From Moniliella sp. 'wahieum' (lineage: Eukaryota): a DNA stretch of 64,000 nucleotides. The stretch spans positions 62,001 to 126,000 of the forward strand of contig RSEE01000059.1 of assembly GCA_003971905.1 (NCBI GenBank), given 5' to 3'. Both the position numbers and the translations under genes were made by a program. This document shows, in pieces, positions 51,836 through 63,484 of this stretch; within the stretch, counting starts at the first letter, position 1; each line of letters begins with the position of its first letter. Below the pieces are notes generated by a model. It was not told the origin of the DNA. It worked only from the letters and a program-made list of their open reading frames with translations, and did not search any database.

Positions 51836-54399
51836 GGACAGGTGTGCGGACGGGCGGCGGAGACGGGCGGAGGAGATGGGAGAGCAGCGACGGTGCGTTG
51901 CGTTTGGGTTTGCGTTTGCGTTTGCGTTTGCTTCCCAGCCTGGGCCGCGGCCAGCCGAACCGAGCGCATCGCATCAAATTTCAACTGTGCATTGCCAATG
52001 TACCGACCGCGTGCTCGCCTTCCGCCCAGCCATTCCGCCCGCGTCTTCGGCTAGGCACGCGCCCTCGTGGAGCGGTAGATCGCAGCCAACACAACGCCCA
52101 CGGCCCAGCGTTGCACAACCCTACGGCTGCATACGGGTAAACACAGCCCTGCTGTCATGCATCATGCGTCATGCATGATACATGTAACCCCGCTCCCCCG
52201 TCCCCCCCCCATGTCCCACAGGCCGCTGCCGGGTCCCGGGGCTCCGTGGAACACGACGCGGACGCGGCGCGAGGCGTGCACGGACGGCCCGCGCCGTTGC
52301 CACCGACATCCAGCCGCACTGGGTGTCCTGCCGTGGATGCGGACGCAGATGCGGATGCGGATGCGGATGCGAATGCGGATGCGGATACGCTCGCGGTCGG
52401 TCGGCAGGGGGAGCGCGCACTGCAGCAATACGTGCACGGGGAGCATCGTCCGCCACAGCGCAGGGCCATTCGCTTCCCCCCTGTAAGAGAGGCAGCCCAA
52501 ACAGGGTGCTGCACAGCGGCGGACCGGGGTGTACAATAGGCGCTCCGCGTTGTATTTCCATCAGTAACTCAGTACGCAGTCTCCATAGACGCCTGTCCTC
52601 TGACCTCAGCCTCGGGTCTCGTCGCAAAACAGCGCCACGGCACCCTGCACAAGCGAAGCGGCCGTCCTGTCCCCGCAGTCGCCTCTTCCGCGCTCCATAG
52701 TCACTAGTCACTATCATTCAATGCCGTATCTCCGACGGAATATGGTGGATGCACCAGCCGACGCACCCCCCTCTTCACCCGCCCCTACTATCCAGTCGCA
52801 GTACGAAACATATAATAGCGCACGCACGCTCTCTTCTCTCTCCGTTCTCACCGCGTTTCTGCTCCCAACTATATAACAGACCAAGACGGATGTCCCCCGG
52901 GCGGAGATTCAGAGTTCAACCCATCCACACTGACGTATCTAATCCACCTCCTCCAGCCTCGCTCTGCACTCTCAGTGTTGGCCCTTTGTTGTGAGAAGGT
53001 TCAGTTGAATCATTGATCATTGATCGATTGCCCGTGCACCCCTAACCCCCCTTGCACAGCGCGAACGGCTGATATCCATCGATTATCGATTATCGTCTTC
53101 CTTTTTAGCCAACCCGCCTTTCAGTGCACCCGTCTGCAGCTCCTCGTTCCCTCTCCGTCCTGCCCCCCCCCTCGTGGTCAGCATCTCAAGCACCAACACA
53201 CAACACTCTTGTGTTTGCCCGTATGCAAAGGCGCGAGCACCCCATGGGGTGCAGGGCATGTCTGTTGCGTCACCTCCCTTGCGACCTGCCAGTGCTTCCA
53301 CCCACTACGCTGCCCGCCGCCTTAGCCCGAAACAAGACGACGGACAGGAACCGAGGCATGCCGACCAGCAAATGTTGCTCGTTATGTTTACGTGATGGTC
53401 TACTGTGCCTGGCGATTGACGACCCTGGCGAGACTGGTGTCTCACCCCTTCCCTCGATCGGATTGGCCAGCGGCTTGTTCTCCTGTAACAATAGGCCTTC
53501 TCGGCCTGCTGCAGATGGACTTCCTCTCCCGATTGGCAGTCGCAGCCCACACTGCCTCACTTCCTTTTTTCCCGCCAAGGACGGTGTGCGAGCCCTGCAC
53601 TCCATCTGTTTCCGATGGCTCGTCGCCCACTACCTCCACCTCCACCTCCATCTCCACTCCATCCATCTCCACCCCACCTTTTCCATCGCTTCCTTACCCC
53701 CTTTTTTCCACACCACCCACCACGTTCCAGCTCCAGCTCCACCACACCTGTCCCCATCCCACAAGAAACGAAGGTCCTCCTCCTCCCACCCCCGCTTTAC
53801 TGGCGCAGTGGCAGTGCGGACTCGGTCCTCCCACCTCGACCATACCTCTCTTCCGCTTCCATGGGCAGCGAACGGGCGTGCAGGTCGACTGAATTTCCGT
53901 CTGGCTGGGCCCATGGTCGCCAGAGGGAGTCGACGCGCTGTCGCACCCCCTTTCCCCCTGTATGAGAACTCTCACCACAGTCTCTCCCTCGCCACACGCA
54001 CCCGCGCACCTCTTCTTATTCTTCTTGTACTTCTCCATCAAGTGCCATTTCTCTTCCCTTTCTCCGTGGGGTCCAATACCAGAACGCATGCAGTGGTATA
54101 GAGGCGTGGTTCGCCAACAAACAGGATCATGACTATGATCATGAACATGTACCAAGTCCCTTTTTGTATCACTGTACATACACTTTGAGCCGTGGCGCGC
54201 TCGCCTGTACAACAATCCAAGCCGGCCTGAAGACCTCAGAACAGAAAAAGTCTTGGATCCTTGACACATATAGTACTTCGATGAAGCTGATGAAGCGAAC
54301 TAAGGGGATGCCACAACGCCGGGGGAAAGGAAGGCGCAGCACATTACCACGCCACGGGAGTTGGGGGTATACGTGGATGAGGGGTCAGGCCATCAGGGA

Positions 54400-55300
54400 A
54401 GATCCGTACCATGTGAAATCTGCTGGGGAGGGATGGTGAGTGGCATGTGTATCGGGTAAGAGGAGATGGTGCAGATCCGACCAGAGGAGCCTTGCTTTCC
54501 TAGGCTTGAAACTCGCTTTTGGAAACATGCGTCTGGGGAGGATCCCAGACCATTGCTGCACGCGTCCTCCCCACACGGCCACTCGGGGGAAGGCGATCAT
54601 GGACGGCTACTATACCGAACCAAACACAAGAAAGGGGCTATATTTACAAGTGGCTCTCTCAGTGCGAAGCACCAGAGAGCAGACAAGGCTCGCCAATACA
54701 TTGACTTCTGTTTGATGCGCCTTCTGGGCCAAGCACACCCAGAAGAAAACACCTGCCATGCTCGCTCTCGGAGGAGGGGACACCCGCTATACGACTCTTC
54801 AGACTGTGACAGTGATTGATCCGAGTTCCAAATGGACATGCGTTGCGTGATGACATAGCTAATCGGCAATGCTGGTAACAAGGTTCCGGATAGATATGAG
54901 ACTCCGTACAAAATTCAATGAGGTGGGCAAGGCCCACAAGATTGTGCACAAGAAATTTCGATTCGCAATGGAGGATGAGTATAGGTTTGTTGTCAGTCGT
55001 CAGTCGTCAGTAGCAAGGCCATCGGGAGATGCACATCCCGGACCCATCAGCCCGAGAACTATAGCTCTCGCGGGTGTGGAGATGGGCCTGTGGGGGTGGC
55101 GCTTTGATGATCCGCATGTACGTGCGCACATATATAATGCCGCTGGAGTCAGATGGTGGATGACTGTCATGCGTTCCACTCGCAGGGGCATGGCCGAGAA
55201 GCGAAGGGGCGGTTGGAGTAGAAGGCCATACGGTGAGGCGTGGGTTGCAGTCTCAAATGGCTGTCCCGAGCCCCATCCCGCTCATCCAGTCGATCAACCC
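54400..55300 (+). mobile_element. Diverged remnant homologous to the ORF2/3' region (about 36900-37620) of the CACTA-like element
   Basis: Collinear shared blocks: AGAAGAArACACCTGCCATG, GTGACAGTGATTGAT, CCAAATGGACATGC, GAGGATGAGTATAGGTTTG, GGACCCATCAGCC, GGATGACTGTCATGCGT, GCAGGGGCATGGCCGA and GCGTGGGTTGCAG. Confidence 0.8.
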
Positions 55301-55786
55301 ATGTTCCTGTAGCCACGCGTGAAGGCTCTGACCTGGAGACACCTAGTCGCTAAACCACAGACGATCACCGAGTAAGAATCAAGTAACGAGGTGAGCGAGA
55401 AGAAGGGGAAGGGGTAAGGAGAGGTGGTGGCGAAGAGGATAGAACAAGCAGTGGGGGACAGGGGGGAACACGTGGCTTGCTGGCCTGCGCGCGGCAACTC
55501 TACTGGGTCTAGCTTTCACATCTACGAATCAGGCAAGGCACCGATGCAATTTTGATGCCCGCCCGCTCCTTCTGATGAAACGCCAGGCCTGATCCGAAAA
55601 GGTTGCAAGCTTGAGGCCCTCGAGGCGCCGGAACGGTTGCCGCTTACCGGTTCCCGTCCCGGCTGATCCACTCGAACGACGGGACTCCCAATGTCCATTT
55701 AATAACAAACAACAAGAAATAAACGGCGAACAGGACCAACGCTCCCCATTTCCCCAAAATGCACATGTGGATCGCAATTAAGAGGG

Positions 55787-57177
55787 TTACCCCACCGGCT
55801 CACCCACCCTATCATCTCCTCCGCTTGTCACGACAGCTTCTCCTCCTGCTCCGCCAACGGTGGCACGGGCTGGGACATGGAGGCAGCCTGGGTCAATGGC
55901 GAAGTGAGGGGTGACATGGCCGAGGCCGAGGCCGACGAGCGCCGCCGTCCACCAGCACACACCAAACGCCTTCAGCACCGTGTCCTGCAACACATCCCCC
56001 GTGTCCAGTGCATGGAGCAGGCTCGAGTGGCGCCTCGGCATGCCCGCAGCCGGGGGCGAGCCGACGGAAGACTTGCGCGAAAAGACACGGGTAATGCGAG
56101 AGATAGGCGACGTAGACGTCGGATCTTCGGCCTGACTAGGCGAAGCGGGATCGGGATCCGAGTCGGGCGAGGCTGTGACGAGCAGAAGCGTGGGTGCCAC
56201 CAGACGAAGAGGGGATAGGAATGGGATGAATGGTGGCCGGGGACTCTAGCGACGCTCTCCGCGTACCTCGGCTGGTTGGTTGGGGGCGAGGTACGATGCA
56301 GTTGCTGGAACGTAGCCGCAGAGACAGTGGTGGAGCGGTGCGGTGCAGTGGGTTCCGTACCCGTGCGCGCGCCCGATTCCGTGTCTGCGTGTCGCTCCGC
56401 CTGCTTCTCGCGTCGCTTAGCTTGTCGCTCCTGTTCCAATCGGCCGCCTGAGCCGTTCTTCCCTCCCGCTCCAGCAGCAGCGCTTCGTGTGACTGGGTAC
56501 GACCAATCGGTCTGCTGCCGCTCTCGTTCCGTCTTGTCTGCACACCAGGGCGCGGGGTCAGAAGGGCGAAGCGGATGGCGCAAGCGCGCCGCCGCTTTCA
56601 ACACATGATCCTGTACCACGTCGCCTGGATCCAGACGAGTCATGCCGGGCTGGACGCGGTACCCCTCGCTAGTGCCGGTACTTTCGATGCGATAGAGGGG
56701 GTTGGGTTGGTACGTGGACTTGCTTCGTGGCAAGGCGTCGGCGCTTCCTTCAGCTGCATGCTCCACATCCACATCGTTCACCGCCAGTACGTCAAATGGC
56801 GTTGCTTGGTCTTCCTCGGGCGAGGTGAAGACGTACCGCTTGCCATGCGCATCCGAAGGGTGGCGTGCGTGGTGCGGCGAGGTGGGCAGAACATCTTGGG
56901 TTTCGGTAGGCGCGACGGGGGCGTCGGTGTGCCAACACTGCCGGGAGACAAGTGTCTGGGCTCTTCCGACAATCCGCTCTTCTCTGTAGGCACGTTGTCG
57001 ATTGGGGCTGATGGCGAGGCGGAGAGCTGCTGAGGCGGCGGGGTGGGGGTGGGGCCAGGGCGTCGCTGCCAAGCTGGGTGGAAGAGCGACGGTGAATGGT
57101 TTGGCGGATGGCGTTGGAGAGGCGACGGATGGGCCCCTGCGCGGGGGGTGTATACGGGCAGGCTGAATCTCGGCCAT
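55787..57177 (-). CDS. Hypothetical, largely disordered protein with an internal repeated motif
   Basis: A long ORF from MAEIQPARIHPP continues by frameshift into 55787-56200. The motif LDxGDV(V/L)QDxVLKA occurs twice. Confidence 0.55.
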
Positions 57178-58199
57178 GGAGTCAAATGCAGGAGAGAGGT
57201 GGTGGTGGTGGGCTGCGAGGGGGGCGCGGGGGGGAAAAGGCGACGGATATAACAAGTGCGGGGAAGTGCGGGAGGCCCAGACGTTCCCTCAGAGGTGGCG
57301 AGGAGGCGTGGAAGGAGGGGACTCGGTCGGTGCCCAGTACTCAACAATATCGTTCTCTGAAGGGGGTTAATAAGCGTTAAACGTTAAACGTTGAAAGGCT
57401 CGGTCGCTCGTGCGTTTCTTGATGTGCCTGATAGGATGCCCCGCATCAGCCCTCACTCCCCCAGTGAACGCAGCTTGTACCCACACAGCCGCTGTGCCTG
57501 CTCCCCATCAGGCACGACGCCAGGGGGGATATCGTGACGCGTGATAACCGCAATCGCTCAAGAGTACTGCCAGTACCGTGGGGCATTGTACGACCCAGAC
57601 TAAATATTGAATGGGTTTCGAGTGCTCCTTCCCCGCACCGGCGTCTTCCATGACTTGTGTGTGACGTCACCAATCCCTGGCGCGCCGCAGGTGCGGCGAG
57701 CATGATGCAAGGGATGTGGTGCATGTGACACGCGCTATCCGACACCTCTACGTCGTTCATAGCTCCTAAGGCCTGCGACCCTAAGGAAGTGAGAACTAGC
57801 CACCAGTAACGCGAACCAGCTTAGAAATTAGATAACTAGGGCCACGCACAACGCAATCTGCCATGACGTAGTTGGCTCTAACCATGGCCCTCGGCGTCAT
57901 CGATCTTAGATCTCTTCGATCATCGATCATCCCGGTCGTGGCGCGCGTAGGGAGATATAGTGTCACTGGTTCAACGTTCAGATGGACAGCGGCCGAAGAC
58001 TCCGAAGACGCTCATCGCTCGTCTTCCGGCGCCTTGTGCTCTTGCTTCTACCTTATCTAGCTAGACCCACGAGGGCGATTCGATACACCCCGACGCTCGC
58101 GCGACACGGAGCAGTGTGTCCACCAATCCTCATACGCAAGACACCCCAGAAAGGCGTGCGATAGGGGATAGTTGTCGGGGCGGAGGGACCTACTCCGTT

Positions 58200-58917
58200 C
58201 TATTTTTGCTTTAGCATGATGAGGTCGATGAGGGGAGGGAACCGCTGCTGGTCGTATGGTACAGGCAAAGAGTTTGACCTATGAGCAGGACGAAGGTGGG
58301 AAATGGTATGCGAGTAGATGGAAGGATCCAAGATGGCCCAGGGACGGACGCGACCGTAGGGCTGGAGGGGCTCTCTGTGCATGACGCTTTCTTGGTCCAA
58401 CAGCCTCGAGAGCGCAACTGGCAGTGGAAGCCGCGCGTCCCCCTTTTGGCCTCACCGGAGAGAACGTGGATACTTCCGTTGGCTGAGCTCAGTACAACAT
58501 CTGCTTCCACTAATACGGAGGTATGCAACAAGACGCGCGCCCGCACGACTAGCTGGTTTGAAAACAAAAAAGGTACTAGCCACCCCGCTTCAGCCAGGCC
58601 TAAGTTCGCCTGCAACTCTGGCACCTCTGAAAAGCCGTCCGACACGCTCCCTCCGGCGTGCCTTGTTCTCCCAAAGGGGCGTGGTACGGACGAAGGACGA
58701 CCTCGGCATCGTTCGTCAGCGCATCAGGCTTCATCTTGAACAGCACGTAGTTCGATTGCCACCGCGGTGCCCACTGAGCCGCTGTCCGTCGCACATCCAC
58801 CTCATCAACGTTCAACCAGTTCAACCAGTTCAACCCTTCCGCCCCCCACCGCCGCTTCTTCCTCCCGCGCGTTCGTAGAGCAAAAAGGAAAGACGATTCC
58901 GATGCAGTCTTCCTCAT
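58200..58917 (-). pseudogene. Possible degenerate gene, PD-(D/E)XK-like motif
   Basis: Three overlapping minus-strand ORFs read as protein-like, including EADVVLSSANGSIHVLSGEAKRG. The motif resemblance is weak. Confidence 0.25.
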
Positions 58918-59446
58918 CAGGCCGTCTTCAGCGGCCCCGTGACACTGGGTACACCATGCGAGCAAAAGCCGAAACCTGAGGTGACCAAGCACGGCTCGGA
59001 TGACAAACGAGGGAATGCGCGTTTCGTGCGTCGCGGTCCAACTTGAACGTTGAACGTTGAACTCAACGGTCAAGGCCCAGCCTGCCTCGTCCTGTGTCAA
59101 AGGAAGCGAGTCCCAAGCGAGCCTTAGCTACGCAGGTGCTTCTTAACCCAGCCAGGGAGGGACGACCTCATGCTTGCTCAAGTGTCATGTAATGCATCAT
59201 AGGCAGATGGCGAGGTAGAAACGGGGTCGCAACCCGCATGCTGCAACGAGGAAAACGGCAGTGGTAGCGGCGCCCAGCAAGCAAGGCAGAATAAAAGGGG
59301 TATGGCGTGCCGCGGCCGCGCTTTGATTGACATCAAACTAAGGCTGGCATCCCAGTTGATCTTGATCGGTGGGAGGGGAGGGCGAAGGAGAGGGGTCAAC
59401 AAGCGCAAGGGGGCACGAGGATATTAGGATCCCCGTTGGGGGTCTA

Positions 59447-60039
59447 TGTTGGAGCGCAACCCCCTGGCGGTGCCTCAAGCAAGAGAAAAAAGTGGGTTGC
59501 GCGTGCCCAGGAAGGTGTAGGGCATGGTGCTGGCTGCGGAGCTGGCGATGAGAAAGGATGGAGAAAGATGCGCTGCCCTGACTATCGCATTTCCTAACCC
59601 GGAAGCTGAGGTCACCCGCTCATCCAGTCCCGCCGAAAGGCGAACGGGGATGGAGTGTGGAGAGGAGAGACATACTCGACACGGCAGCCGAACGGCGAAA
59701 GCGAGACGCGAGACGCGTGAGGTGAGATCGATGAGAGGTTTTGGGATGCAAGGCCGAGTCCGAGCAACCAGTTGATGGGTGTCTCCGGTCACGTGGCCGT
59801 CGTGAAGACTGAATGTGGGCCGACATGCGACCGGGCGGATGCTGCCAAGGCACACCAACGCAGCCCTGTACGTCGTCCGTGTCGGCCTCGCTACTACCAC
59901 AGAATGTGAGCACTGAACGTCGTATTGGACTAAGAAGCTTCTGCGACTGACTCGTCCAGAAGACTGGTGCGAGCTCGGAAGGAATGAAAGCTGACTCACG
60001 TGACTCAGGGTCCGCGCGGTCCTAGGACGGATGTCAACA
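59447..60039 (-). repeat. Putative 3' LTR (~593 bp), TGTTG...CAACA
   Basis: On the minus strand, AGCGGGGG (PPT) is immediately followed by TGTTGAC at 60039. The nearest CAACA terminus is TCCAACA ending at 59447. The distal end is inferred because the second LTR is not in the window. Confidence 0.7.
59992..60007. promoter_or_regulatory. TGACTCA-CG-TGACTCA: two AP-1/Gcn4 sites overlapping a CACGTG E-box in the LTR U3 end
   Basis: Exact sequence TGACTCACGTGACTCA. Function is inferred. Confidence 0.5.
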
Positions 60040-63000
60040 CCCCCGCTGACCGGAGGGCCCAGTCATGTGGACTGGATCCATCTCCTCGACGCGGAGTTGA
60101 GCAAGATGGCTTGTCAGGGCGGGACGGCCGAGAGGCTTGGTGAGGACGTCCGCTGGGTTCCTTTCGCCGGGGATGTGTACAAGTATGGCCTCGCCCGAGT
60201 CCACGTGTTGCCGTACATTGTGGTACCGGATCTTCAGCTCTCGGAGCTTGCCGGTGCTGCCAAATTTGTGGGCGAGATCGACGACAGACTTATTGTCGCA
60301 ATACCAATGAATGGGTGTACCCTCGCCGATGGCCCCAAGCTCGATCATGATGTTCTTGACATAGTTGGCGTCAACCAGTCCATCATATCCTGCCGTATAT
60401 TCGGCGGCGGCGGTACTGGTAACGCTCTTCGGCTGAAGAATGGATCGCCACGACACCGGCACACCGTACACCATCAGTAGGCATCCAGATGTGGAGCGTG
60501 CCTGGATGGGATCTCCCGCCAAGTCGGAATCTGTATACAGCGCAATGGCCGGTGCATCTGATGTTGGGGTCAACCTCAGGCCCTTTCCTCGAGTATGGTA
60601 CAGGTAGCGAAGGAAGTCATCGACTGCTTGATGATGCTGCTGCGATGGGTCGGCAGCGGCTCTGCTGAGGGCCGTGATAGCGAAGAGGGAGTCAGGCCGG
60701 CCCATTCGTGCAGCCCACAGTCCCGATCCGATCTTCCCCTGATATGCCTTGCGCAAGGCTGGGAGGGATGGGGGTTCAGGGTCGGCACGGGGCGGTATCA
60801 TCCGTACGGGATGTGGGAGAGTCCGGATCCACGGGGCTTTGATGTGGTGCTTTGCCACCACTTCCTCGATGAACTTTGGTTGGCTCAGGTACAGCTCCCC
60901 ACCGATCCGATCGTATTGGCATCCCAGGTGGTAGTGAAGGGGACCGTTACCACGAACATCAATGTGTGTGTTTATCTCGGCCATAAACTCCTCGTACTTT
61001 TTGTGACTTGCATGCGAGGAGCAGATCGTCGGTGTGGACCGCCAGGAGGATCTGCTCACCCGGTGGTGCAGCGCGCACGAACAAGCAGGGCTCGGTCAAG
61101 CTTTGCGTGAAGCCGAGCTTGTCACGCAGCAGGTTCCGGATGTATCGTGCCCAGTTTGCTCCGCTCTGATGTAGCCCGTATAGACTCTTCTTGAGACGCC
61201 ACACGCGACCACCCGCTTCGGGGAAGTAGGGGGGTGGGCGGATGTAGACTGCTTCTTCGAGGGGGGCGTTCAGGTACGCTGCATTGACGTCCGCCGAGAA
61301 GAGGCCAAACTTATACTTCTCGGCCAGCACGACGAGGGTCAGGATGGCAGGTGTGCGCACCGATGGTGCGAACGTCTGGCCCCAAGTCTCGGCCGATTGT
61401 TGGTGTCCGCCCGCGACAAAGCGCGCGCGGTGGCGCAGGAACCGGCCCTCGGCGTCCGTCTTTGTGGTGATGCGCCATAGTCCTATGAGGATTTGTGCAC
61501 CCGGTGGTGGGTACGTAGCCTCGTAGGTGCCGTATCGCGCGAGTGTGGCCACCTCGTCGGCCATAGCCTGCTTGACCATGGCAAAGGAGGGGTGAGTCTC
61601 GAGACCCTTGAGCGTCTTGGGAGCGAGGGGTACGCCATCCTTGGTGAGCTGAACCGTGTCCGGGTGGATGGGTGCGCTGAGAGCAGTCATGGCGGCGTAT
61701 TCGGGAGGTTGAACTGTGTCGGCAAACGGGGGGGCGGATGTGTCAGGTAGGGGGCGGGCGATGCCGATCTCTGGTGCGGCGCAGTGGGGCGTGGCGGCTG
61801 CAGCACGAGCATGGTAGGTCGTGTCGGTGGGGTCGTCAGCGATTGGGAGTGTGTGCAGGTCGAGGGAGGTGCGGGTGGTGCGCTGGCGGCGGGGGGGTAG
61901 CGGCGCGGAGGGGGGGTGGTGGTGGGAGCGGGTGTCTGGGGTGTGGCGGCGGTTCGGGGCATGGGTGCTGCCGCGGCTGGCGGAGTAGGGTTAGCGTCTT
62001 TTTCACTGTCGATTTTAATTTGAGGTGATTTGGAGATGTCGGGTGGGAAGTGGTCGGGGTGGAGATGGGGGTAGATGGCGTTGCCCCATTTGTACGGTTT
62101 CGACCAGCGGTAGGTGAAGGTACCCAGGGATGGTTGGTATGTGGCGAAGAGCCATCCCTTTGATCCGCGCTGATGGTGGTATCCTACCAGCATACCTTCC
62201 TCTGCCCGCGCGCTGAGCTTGTGCTCGCGGCGTGACTCGGGCAGATGGAGGTATGCAACGCGGCCAAAGGGTTGCATCGGTAACGAGTATGCGTGGCCTT
62301 TGTATCGCTCAAATCGCGATTTGTTGTCTTCCCCGGATGTTTTGAGTGGCATTTGGTTTTGGGTGAAGCACGCAGCGTGGAGGCTGTGTTCCCACCAGTC
62401 CGACGTCGGAAGACCTGTACCCAAGAGCAACTGCCTTGCACGAGTCGTTATGGTTCGGATGGCACGCTCAGCCACACCGTTGCTAGCACTCTGCCCCGGG
62501 ATTGTCCGTTCTGACGTGATGCCTTGCTCGTCCAGAAAAGGTTGCAGTGCGCTTGTCAATTCGGGGGCGTTCGTCGTTGTCCGTGCGCAAAGTCCGCAGC
62601 AGTCTGTCCGGGCCGTAGCGTTGCTCCCGCAATATGAGGTTCCGCAGTTCCTTCGTTGCAGCGCCCTTTGTCGGGATCGCTGTGGTGAAGACGTACCGCG
62701 TGAAGTCATCAACGGCGACGAGGGCGTATCCGTGCCCCATGCCGGTTACCCGGGGGAGGTCTACTACGTCGACGTGGAGGACCTCGAAAGGTCTTTTGGA
62801 TCGGAGGCGGTCCCGGCTCGGATGGGGCGATGCTGTCGCTAGTGCCACCGCGCATGTTGGGCAATCCCACTCTGAACGACAGAGGGAGATATGCTTGGCT
62901 GTGACGCGGAGGCCTGCGGTTTCCGATCGTGTAAGCCAGGGGAGGAGGTCGATGGCTGCGTGGTTCCAGCGTTTGTGGGCTTTAGAGACGTGGTCCAGGG

Positions 63001-63484
63001 CCAGGGATGCTGCGAGGGAGTTTGGGGTTGAGGGTGGGTCGGCCGGTTTGATCGGTTTGGTCGCCATGGCCCGCAGGGGTGTGGGTGGCGTTCGCGGGTT
63101 GTGTAAGATCGTGAATTGATAGTCACTGCCGGTTACTTTTCGTAGGGTGGATCCTGGGTTACCAAGCCAGATACCCTTCTGGTGTGGGGCGAAGTATGAT
63201 GCGATTCCGGTGTTCGACAGGTGTGCTACACTGACGAGATTTCGGCTGAAACGGGGCATGTATAGGCTGTTGGGGAGTTTTATCTCCATTTGGTGTCCTC
63301 CTAAGCATCGGATACGGATTGTGGCCGTGCCTCGTCCTTCCGCCTTTACATGTGTCCCGTTAGCAACCTCTATCTCGTCGTCGCAAGGGGTCATGGATGT
63401 GAAGACGGATTTGTCTTTCCAAATGGATGGGAATGCCCCACTGTCATATAATGCCCGGATGATTCGCATTTCGCCCCCGAGTTC
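60034..63484 (-). CDS. pol: Copia pol: protease, integrase, reverse transcriptase, RNase H (split by frameshifts)
   Basis: PR: LYDSGA..IEVANG. IN: HKRWNH..CPTC, LHVDVV, LRTDN, NGVAERAIRT, HKLSARA. RT: RARFVAGGHQQ, DVNAAYLNAPL, LKKSLYGLHQSG, VHTDD. RH: YTDSDLAG, STAAAEY, CDNKS, NPADVLTK. Confidence 0.93.

Noticed and set aside
58160..58180. AGGGGATAGT-TGT resembling a PPT followed by an LTR start
   Set aside because: No upstream pol remnant or matching LTR end was found, and the match is too short to support.
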